DNA of 64,000 nucleotides from Octopus vulgaris (Eukaryota): assembly GCA_951406725.2 (NCBI GenBank), contig OX597832.1, positions 7,626,001-7,690,000 on the forward strand, in the 5' to 3' direction. Below, piece by piece: positions 54,297 through 64,000 of the stretch. The notes under the pieces are model-generated. The model made no database searches, was not told the origin of the DNA, and was given only the letters and a program-made list of their open reading frames with translations. Position 1 is the first letter of the stretch; each line of letters opens with the position of its first letter. The position numbers and the translations under genes are program-made.

Positions 54297-55572
54297 CAGG
54301 GTTCCAAGGGTAAATTGTCGCCATTTTATAATTTGAATTTCGCACATGCGCGTTGTTTGATTTTGATTTTGTTGACTGCACAGCATAATAGGGTCTGTTG
54401 GGCATCATCTGTGAGAAAAACAGCACCATGATGCAATTCACTATGCCAGAAATTTTGAAACGACATGTACTGATTGGCATTCGCGCCGGAAGCTCCAATA
54501 CGAAGATCTCATTGATTGGATGTTAATCTGAGGACAGTGCAGAGAATTCGGAAAAATATGGATGAGTCTAATGGTGATTACGAAGGTACAGCAGCTCGGA
54601 AACCTCACTCTGATCATTCTGATAAGAAAGGAACTCCTGAATTAGTTGATGACATCAAGGTCATGATTGTCAAGTATCTTTCCAAGTCAATCAGGTCCAT
54701 CGCCAAGGACATGGGAGCGTCTGAGCTTCTTATCGGGCAGGTACTGAATGAAGACACTCAGTATTACTCATACAAGATGAGAAAGGGCAAATTTTTATTC
54801 CAAGCCATCAAGGACAAGAGGAAAGATCGCGCACGAAGCTTTTGAACAAACTCAAGCATCCCCTCCAACCGAGCGTGGTTTGGTTTATCTCATATGAGAA
54901 AACTTTCTGCCAAGATCAAATGGTGAACATACAGAACAACCGTTGGTTTTACGTGACCCCCAAAACATGTACTGAGAGGGATAAACATCAAACAACCACT
55001 CAAAATCATGTTGTTTGGAGTGATCATTAGTGATGGCGACGTTATGCCGCCATTCATCTTCCCACATGGCCTCAGGCTCAGGTTGCCTGGAGTAGGTAGT
55101 GCTGCCCTGGGTGAAGAGGGTGGGTGCTCGAAGAACCTATATCTGGCAACACGACTCAGCCCCATGTCACACAAGCAGGAGTACCCAGTCATAGCTGTCT
55201 GATAATTTCTGCGACCACATCATCCCTAACATCTGGCCACCTAACTCCCCAGACTGCAACCCCCTTGATTATTATGTGTGGGGCACAGTTAAGACCAAGG
55301 AAACGCATTGTGGCATCAAAGATGAACAGAAGGCAAGAATTATGGCAGCATTGACCAAGTTCAACAAGGAAACAGTCCAGAAGAGATGTAGGTGATTCCG
55401 AAGTCACCTGGACGCCGTGGTGGAAGCTAATGGCGATTTTATTGTATAAATTTGCTCTTTAGTATTTCAAGATATTTTTATGAAATGTTGGTAAATATAT
55501 CTGTTAAAATGAGATAATGAAATGTCTGTTATTTTCATTTTTGCGTAATTTAGACAATTTATTAATCGCATC

Positions 55573-55575
<3 letters not shown>
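54297..55575 (+). mobile_element. Near full-length DD37D (maT) Tc1/mariner transposon, inactivated
   Basis: HTH region VNLRTVQRIRK..SIRSIAKDMG. In WQHD-SAPCH...WPPNSPDCNPL-DYYVWG I count 37 codons (one a stop) between the last two Asp. TIRs at both ends. Confidence 0.93.
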
Positions 55576-55636
<61 letters not shown>

Positions 55637-55932
55637 GTAAAGCATACTAGCCATCTCAATATTTCTAACCACTAAGAGTGGGTGTTACTGTAGCTTTTAG
55701 CCCCAGGAGATCATCGTCTCCAGCTGGCTTTAGACACACTTTCTGTGCCCTTATGGTATTGGCAAAGGAAGGTCATTCCTCTCTCGTCAACCTAAGTGAT
55801 ACGCACGGACTGCAGTTTCTAGGTATTTGCCTATCTTCGGCGTACGGCAATCACCGGTTTTCGATGAAGGGAGACCTGTTTGCAAATACTTATTTATTGT
55901 TTTTCCAGTAACTTCCGTTACTGATTTCGAAA

Positions 55933-55973
<41 letters not shown>

Positions 55974-55996
55974 TATGTGTGCATGTATGTATATAT

Positions 55997-56145
55997 ATAT
56001 ATAAGAATTTATTGCGTAATAAGACAAAAAAATGGGTGTATAGATATTACAGCATTTATAGCTGTAAGACCTTCTATCTATAAATGCTCTAATATCTATA
56101 CAGCCTTGGTTTTTATTATCTTATTACGCAAAAAATTCTTATATA
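55997..56145. repeat. Fold-back with ~65-bp arms next to (TA)n
   Basis: taagaatttattgcgtaataaga..gtatagatatta.agcatttatag versus its reverse complement. Confidence 0.85.
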
Positions 56146-56232
56146 CACACGCCTACATAAAACCAACGTTGAATTACAGCACTTATTCAGCATTACCTGA
56201 CACATTTGGGTCTCAATGACACCATTATCTCT

Positions 56233-56337
<105 letters not shown>

Positions 56338-56354
56338 GTTTGTGTGTGTATATA

Positions 56355-56912
56355 TAAGATTATGTAGGGTATATAATACTACTTGCTAAACTTTAGCAAG
56401 TGGTACTATATACCCTACTTAATCTTAAATTACTTTACATCCTGCTTCTAAAGGCGTGAACTTGCTAGCCACCTTATTATTACAATACATAACTGTAATA
56501 ATACAACTTCAATAACATTTTTCTTGTTTACGATAGTTTCTTTTAAACGAAGCGGGACGTTTAAAGTAAGGAACACACATGAGCTAACATAGTGAATATT
56601 TTAGAAATAGATGTTAAATGTTATTTTCAACTGAAGATCGCAAAGCATGTTTGACATGCAAAGCATGAAATCATTTGGTATTAAAATATGCATTACTTAT
56701 TGATGTATTCAAAGCAAAGGAAAGCCTATTTCTGATATGTTCATTGCATTGCTCCTGTGCATCTTTATCGTAATATTTACAGTGATTTATGGAGCAATGG
56801 CTCTAATTTTAGCAAGTGGTATTATATGCCCAACTTAATCTTGAATTACTGTAAAGGTATGAAGTTGCTAGCCACCTTATTGTTACTATAAATAACAGTA
56901 ATAATACTACTT
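56355..56912 (+). mobile_element. Non-autonomous hammerhead element: 416-bp unit with partial tandem repeat and inverted 5' copy
   Basis: Direct repeats start at 56392 and 56808 (tttagcaagtggta..). Palindrome 56355-56427. TA tracts on both sides. Confidence 0.8.
56622..56688 (+). ncRNA. Type I hammerhead ribozyme motif
   Basis: UAUUUUCAA-CUGAAGA-UCGC-AAA-GCAUGU-UUG-ACAUGC-AAA-GCAU-GAAA-UC-AUUU-GG-UA-UUAAAAUA. Predicted cleavage after A56680. Confidence 0.7.
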
Positions 56913-56940
56913 TATGTATATATATATATATATATATATA

Positions 56941-57332
56941 TCTTTATATATAAAAGTAAGGTTGTGTGCTGTCTGTCTCCTACGATTTAGATTCCTAACT
57001 ACTCCCACATACGGTACAGTTTAACCAAAACCGGGTATCTTATAGTCGTGATTCATATCGAGCCCTTCTGGGTATTAGCGCGCGTCTACGATAAGTCTAC
57101 GATTAAAAAAAAAAATTACCATCAATTTTTCCCATTTTTAATGCATTTTTGGCATATATCAGGGAAGTAACTCTCTAAAAATGTATTATTAAATCTGAGA
57201 ACGTAAAAAGCCACAGTAACACCCCCCTTTGTGGTTAGCCATATTGAGATGGCTATTATACTTTACATCTCTAAAAATGCTTATATAGTTATTCTCCTTA
57301 CAAACCCGAGCAACGCCGGGCGATACTGCTAG
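56941..57332 (+). mobile_element. Non-autonomous Helitron
   Basis: 5' TC, subterminal hairpin cccgagcaacgccggg, 3' CTAG, inserted between A and T. Confidence 0.88.
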
Positions 57333-57350
57333 TATATATATATATATATA

Positions 57351-58330
<980 letters not shown>

Positions 58331-59559
58331 CGCATTATACAAGCCTTTCAAAACATAGTGAGATTGATGTCAGTAATGTTCTTCTCTGTTCTTGTACACA
58401 GCAGTGACCATAGATCGCATAAAAGCTTTCGAAGAGGTTACCGTCAAGTAAATGTTCAGGCAGTTTTATACTGATCTGACTTTAAAATTTCCTAAGATTG
58501 GTAGCACCAAGCTTATCAACTTAAACGGTTCGTCCGTCACTAAAACCAGGCAACAGGCCAACAATCCTAACCACTGTAAACACAATGACTGCCACAACAA
58601 CGACCACCACAAAACAACCTGCTTTGTCGACGCCCCCAGACGATGAAGTAGGCTAGCCCAATACGTAGATATAGAGGGAGAAGTCTAGACGTCGGGGAAT
58701 TGAGTAGGAATCATCCGAACGTGCGATATAACGCAACCTCAAGTACAAAAAGAAACAAATCGAAAGAAAACATGATCTACAACAATAGCTAGAGATACAA
58801 TAATAGACAATAAAAGATAGCAACCAAGACGACAGCAACCATTCCAACCAACGCAAATGGAATAACCTCAGAAACCACTCACCGTGGAAACCCTTACAGA
58901 TCTCTGCAAGATGAGCAAGGTTGTAGAAGTTTTCGATCTAATAAAAGAAAATTTTAATAACGGTTTTGGGTCTTGTCCCTATCTACTGTGAAAAGTTTCT
59001 TGACATGGAAATGCTACAGGAAGAGATTACTTGGTCAAAACTAGCTCTACAGACGGAAATGCATAACATGCGTACACGGGAACGAAACTATATTGTGGGC
59101 CATTGTTAAGAGTTTCTGCATTTGTGATTTCTGTCATATATTGAACGAATCCTGCTATCTACCGAGTCTACTGTGAAGAATGACCCGCCATCTTCCTTTG
59201 ACAGGAAAAGGAAGCAATTTTTTTTCTGTCTGGTGGCTATGGCGAAAGAGGTTCTGGGTTGTATGGTGGACTCGTTTGAAAGGTTTGAAAATTGGCTTTC
59301 CTATTTGGTCAAGCTCTCATAAAATCTTTCAAATACCTCTTGGAGAAAAAAGTATGAGTAGAGATCGACGTTCTACCTTCTAGTATGTTATTCAAAAGTG
59401 TATTTGTGGCAAGACTGGTGTTTCTGAATGAGTTTATACTGCATATGCTTTACTAAGTAAGAAGAAAGGAACTGGGAGAGGGTACTTTCGATGTCTTTGA
59501 AATGGCAGAGTAATCCGGGCCCTTTTGTACGGACCCTCTCTGAATTAAAGAATTAAAGA

Positions 59560-59855
59560 AAGGGCGGGGCAGGCAGAATCGTTATCACGCTGGGAAAAGT
59601 GCTTAGCAACATTCCGTTCATCTTTGCGTTCTGAGTTCAAATGCCACCAAGATCGACTTTGCCTTTCATCATTTCGGGAACGATAAAATAATTAGTAGTT
59701 GAGCGCTGGGGTCGATTACATCTACTAAACCAACTTGTGCCAAAATTAGTAGGATGTAGGCTGGTAGAATCGTTACCACGTCAGTCAGAATAATTATCAG
59801 CGTTTCTTTACGTTCTGAGTCCGAACACCGCCGAGGATAAATTTGCTTTTCTCAG
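59560..59855 (+). mobile_element. Two degenerate SINE A copies
   Basis: ggcagaatcgtta..ttctgagttcaaat repeated. Confidence 0.7.
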
Positions 59856-60189
59856 TTTGCCTCATAATGACTTGGTATTCCAGGTATTTCTTAATTTGGC
59901 TGCGAGAGATCTTCACAACGGCGAACTAGCTGTTTCTCTTGTTTTCTTTTTTTTTAACGATAAAATAATTTCTCATAGTTTTCAATACTTAAAACCTGAC
60001 AATTTGAAACACTGTAATTTTGCTGACTGGGAAAATTGCCGGTTATCAACAAAATTATTGTGAAAGGGAAGTTGTCAGCAAGAGTTTCCCTTCAGTGAAT
60101 ATGACTTTTCCGGTCTGACGTTTACCGTTACGGAGAGGGGATGTGACAATATAGCTATAGGGGCAAGAACACATGAAGCAGAACACATG

Positions 60190-60780
60190 AAGCAGCCACA
60201 ATAATAATGACACATCTAGTAAAACCACCATTGCCTCTGTCATCATTACCGCCGACGCCGCCGCCACCACCACCACCACCACCACCACCAAAAACAAGGA
60301 CAATAACAATAGCAACAAGATGATGAGGACAAAACGAAAAAATTGATCAATAGCACCACCGAAAATGAAAATGACATTGTTATCAACAACATCAAATTGA
60401 TTTGTAGAAAGCAACGATAACTGCGACGTAACCACGACAGCCATCGGCAAGGGGACAGTCAATAAAATTGCTATTATCAGCAACAACAGTGGTTCCACCA
60501 CCGACACCACTGTCATCACAACCACGAACACAAAGACGGCACCACCACTGCCGTCGCCGCCTCAACGATGACGACGACGAAAACGAAGATGACGACGGCG
60601 ACGACTACCACCACCACCAGCATCATCACCACCACCTCAACAACAGCAACAACACGACCATAATGCCCACCACAACCGCTATTATTACAATCATCACAAT
60701 AAACAACTACTCAGCCATCACCTCCACCATCTCCACGAAACAGAACATAGTTTGCTACCAAATCACAACTGACGTCCCCA
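60190..60780. repeat. Cryptic (CAC/CAA/GAC)n low-complexity tract
   Basis: Trinucleotide-rich degenerate repeat. Confidence 0.8.
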
Positions 60781-60915
60781 CAAATATAAAAAACATCGGT
60801 GTCTTTCGCAGGATCCAAAGTATGGTACTGAGATATAGGTGTGTCAATCAAAAAAGTGGGAGGCGGAGTTGACAACGTCATTCCAAAACAAGAATACTGA
60901 AAATAGGGTTTAAGA

Positions 60916-61151
60916 TTTTTTATTTCTTTATTGCCCACAAGGGGCTAAACATAGAGGGGACAAACAAGGACAGACAAACGGATTAAGTCGATTACATCGC
61001 CCCCAGTGCGTAACTGGTACTTAATTTATCGACCCTGAAAGGATGAAAGGCAAAGTCGACCTCGGCGGAATTTGAACTCAGAACGTAACGGCAGACGAAA
61101 TACGGCTACGCATTTCGCCCGGCGTGCTAACGTTTCAGCCAGCTCGCCGCC
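60916..61151 (-). mobile_element. SINE family A, well-preserved full-length copy
   Basis: ggcggcgagctggctgaaacgttagcacgccgggcgaaatg..gagttcaaattccgccgaggtcgactttgcctttcatcc..caataaagaaat. Confidence 0.92.
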
Positions 61152-63237
61152 TTTTGGTGCTTGTTAGTAGTGAGGCCAGGAAATCGCATCGCAGAACTAC
61201 GCCATCTCGAGCAGCTCTAAACACAACACTATACACTATACACGCAATACTTCGAAAGGAAGGTGGGAAAGAAACATGTCTTCGGCGAGGCTTTGATACA
61301 TTTGTATTAATCGAAAGCTTTGCAAAGCGTCAAACACCTCAGCTTGTGGGCTGTACAAAAGTCAACCAGTTTCTGTCCTGTTTTCAGAGACCAGTTCACA
61401 TCATTGTAGAGCGTCATCTGCACAGAGGTCAGATTGAATGGTCACCTACTAGCGTCGTTTCCAGTCATGCGCTCATTCCGATAAACGTGTGTTCTCAAAT
61501 CGTCTGTGTGTCTTTACGCATCATCGTACCACTGAACCTGGATGTGTAGAGGTATATCCTGCTCGAACTAAGACACAGAAAAGCTGTATCAGTATGTGCA
61601 GACTACGTAATATTGATGGTGTTGCATACAACAGAAGCAAAGGTCGTATATTATTATTGTGGGTACACTTTGCTGAGGAAATCCTTGTTTGTTTGACTTG
61701 CAACATTTTATTACGTGATATTGCATTTGTTGGTTTTATTTTATTGTTATATCAAAGAAGTAAAATAGAAGAGTTGCAATTCTATATAGATATCTTACAT
61801 TCAAAGAAGAATATTATTTTGCAATTCTTTCTGTTCTTACGACGTGCCAACATCCTACTTCAGAGAAATGTGAAGAAAATGCAAATATTTTGTGTATTGG
61901 AAAGATTTGCTCAAACAACATTTATAATGCTAACAGCAGTAACAAAACTTACATGGACAATGCCAGCAGCAGAAAAAACAAAACAAAACAAGAACAAAAC
62001 AATGTATATGCAGGTATGAGAGTAGCATTAAAAAGAAACAAATTTGCATTAGTCGTCGTATGTTCAGATATACATTTCAACCTTAATAATATGCCCGAAA
62101 AATATAAGAGGTACGACAATATATGGACAGAGAGCAACAAATACAAAATTGAATATATTTATGCGAGGAATAAATGAAATGAAGATAGTATGTAGATGCA
62201 TCCCATAAGACAAAGTGTCTTGAAAACACAAGTCGGGGAGATTTTGAATAAATAATTAAACAACTCAGGTCATGCATAAACCATTGGAAGAAGTGGATTT
62301 CCAATGGATTACATTAAATATTATAGGTACAGTGAGCAGCAAAAGAAAAATGACCCTTGGATATCGGATAATCTAAAACTAGTGTCTCTTTATAGATGTA
62401 ATAGATTTGTGAATATGAAGAATATACCTATACCAATAGTTCTGAAATCTAGCTTCGTTATTATCTTCATAAATTATATGCAGAAGCTGGTCAGTGTCTG
62501 TATTAACAGGTAAAAGCACTTGTTTCGCATGAACTTGTCATTTCTGATACTGTCGCGAGAAAGAGCGAAGCCGAGGAGCGAGTATCTTAAACCTGAAGGT
62601 TAAAGTTAATTAAGGATTCTCAGCTAGATATAGGAACAAGGACTGCATCAACAGCAAACACAATCCAAACAATCTTCACAGAAAAAATCGAAAGGAAAAC
62701 ACTGAACAAAATCCACGAAGACAGAATTTAAAAACTGACTGTTACTGCGCCATCCTTTAATGAAACTGTGCATCGGTGAAACTTTAAAACAGTTGTGGTC
62801 AGTATTTGAACACGAACTCTTTCAGCATAGAAATAAGACATATAATAGATACAATAGTCCTAAGCTGAAACGCCGGACCGAGGCTATCAACTCTTGACCT
62901 GTATGATGCCGAAGCATAGATTATCATATGACGGCGTGAAAAATATGGATCTTGATGACCAAGAAACGTAAAACGACTCATCCTGAATTTCAGCTTTTCG
63001 ATAAAGCAGTAGTATATCAGATTAATAAACTGGTGAAAGAAGATAAATTATAACATCGTGTGGCCGTGTTAGGGAGTACTTTACAAAAAATAAGTATAGA
63101 ATGCTAGCTAAAGTTAAGTTTATTTGCTTTAGAAGAATAAAATATCTTTTCTCTTCGGACATTTGGGCATTTCGTCTAGCAGAATATTTTGGGATCCGAA
63201 AGAAACAAATTTTCTTTCTTTTAAATCCAACCATAAC

Positions 63238-63285
<48 letters not shown>

Positions 63286-64000
63286 TCCCCTCTCTCTCAA
63301 ACTGTCAGTCTGTCTCTTTTTCTATATAACCAGGTGATTACTTTACAGGCATTTAAAGAGATACAGAGATTGATAGAATGCATTGATAGAATTATATAAT
63401 AGTAAAGATTCATCTTCTCATATCATGTTAATAAAATATCATTTATTATATAATTTCTTGAGTTATAGCCCATTTGATCCAACTGCTAGAGAATTCTTTC
63501 TCCTTCTCTCTAATACCCGTCGGTTCTCGCCCAAACTAAGATCTCACATAAAACATCTTACTCTGAGACAGAAATCTCTTCTATCTGTAGATTATCTTTG
63601 CTGTCTGGGCTATATTCCACACTAAAACTTCCTTCAGAAAGATAGCAACTTTGCATTTAATAGATTCCACACTTTTCACCACTTATCCCTCTCCCCTCAA
63701 CATCAGCAATAAAGACTCATAGTCTCCACCCCCTCTTCTAAATAAATCTCGTTTAATTACTTAAAAAAAAAAACTATAAACACCTACAAATCGATATGTC
63801 TTCCACCACCAAGGATATCTTACTTTTCCTGAATCCAACGTCTTCAGTTGCTTCAACATTCACAACTCTTTTTGTTTCTCACATTCTTTCGTAAAATCAG
63901 TTATGTTTATTCCTTAAGTAGATTTTTGACCGATATTCTGGCGCTAGTTGACTGGTCAGAGCTCTGCTAGTTCGATATTACGATATTAACAACAGTGAGC

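Overview
Repeat-saturated, AT-rich animal DNA, most likely a coleoid cephalopod (Octopus-like), judged from its tRNA-derived SINE families and very dense (TA)n/(CA)n/(GA)n/(TAT)n microsatellites. I find no host protein-coding gene I can support; almost all listed ORFs are microsatellite or transposon artefacts. The window holds three abundant, modular SINE groups (here A, B, C) and decayed non-LTR retrotransposon fragments: Penelope-like (PLE), HERO-like, Tx1/L1-like, RTE with a triple C2H2 tail, CR1-like and R4/Dong-like. It also has three DD37D (maT) Tc1/mariner relics, a mariner relic with long inverted arms plus its MITE, and Helitron-like elements. The most striking signal is a set of type I hammerhead-ribozyme motifs (CUGANGA...GAAA...NUH). 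Six loci have recognisable three-helix folds and about six more are decayed. They sit in short non-coding elements beside or inside (TA)n tracts, often with inverted or partial tandem repeats, which suggests a diverse population of non-autonomous PLE/retrozyme-like elements. Many long fold-back inverted repeats are also present. All family assignments come from motif recognition by eye; no database search was run.
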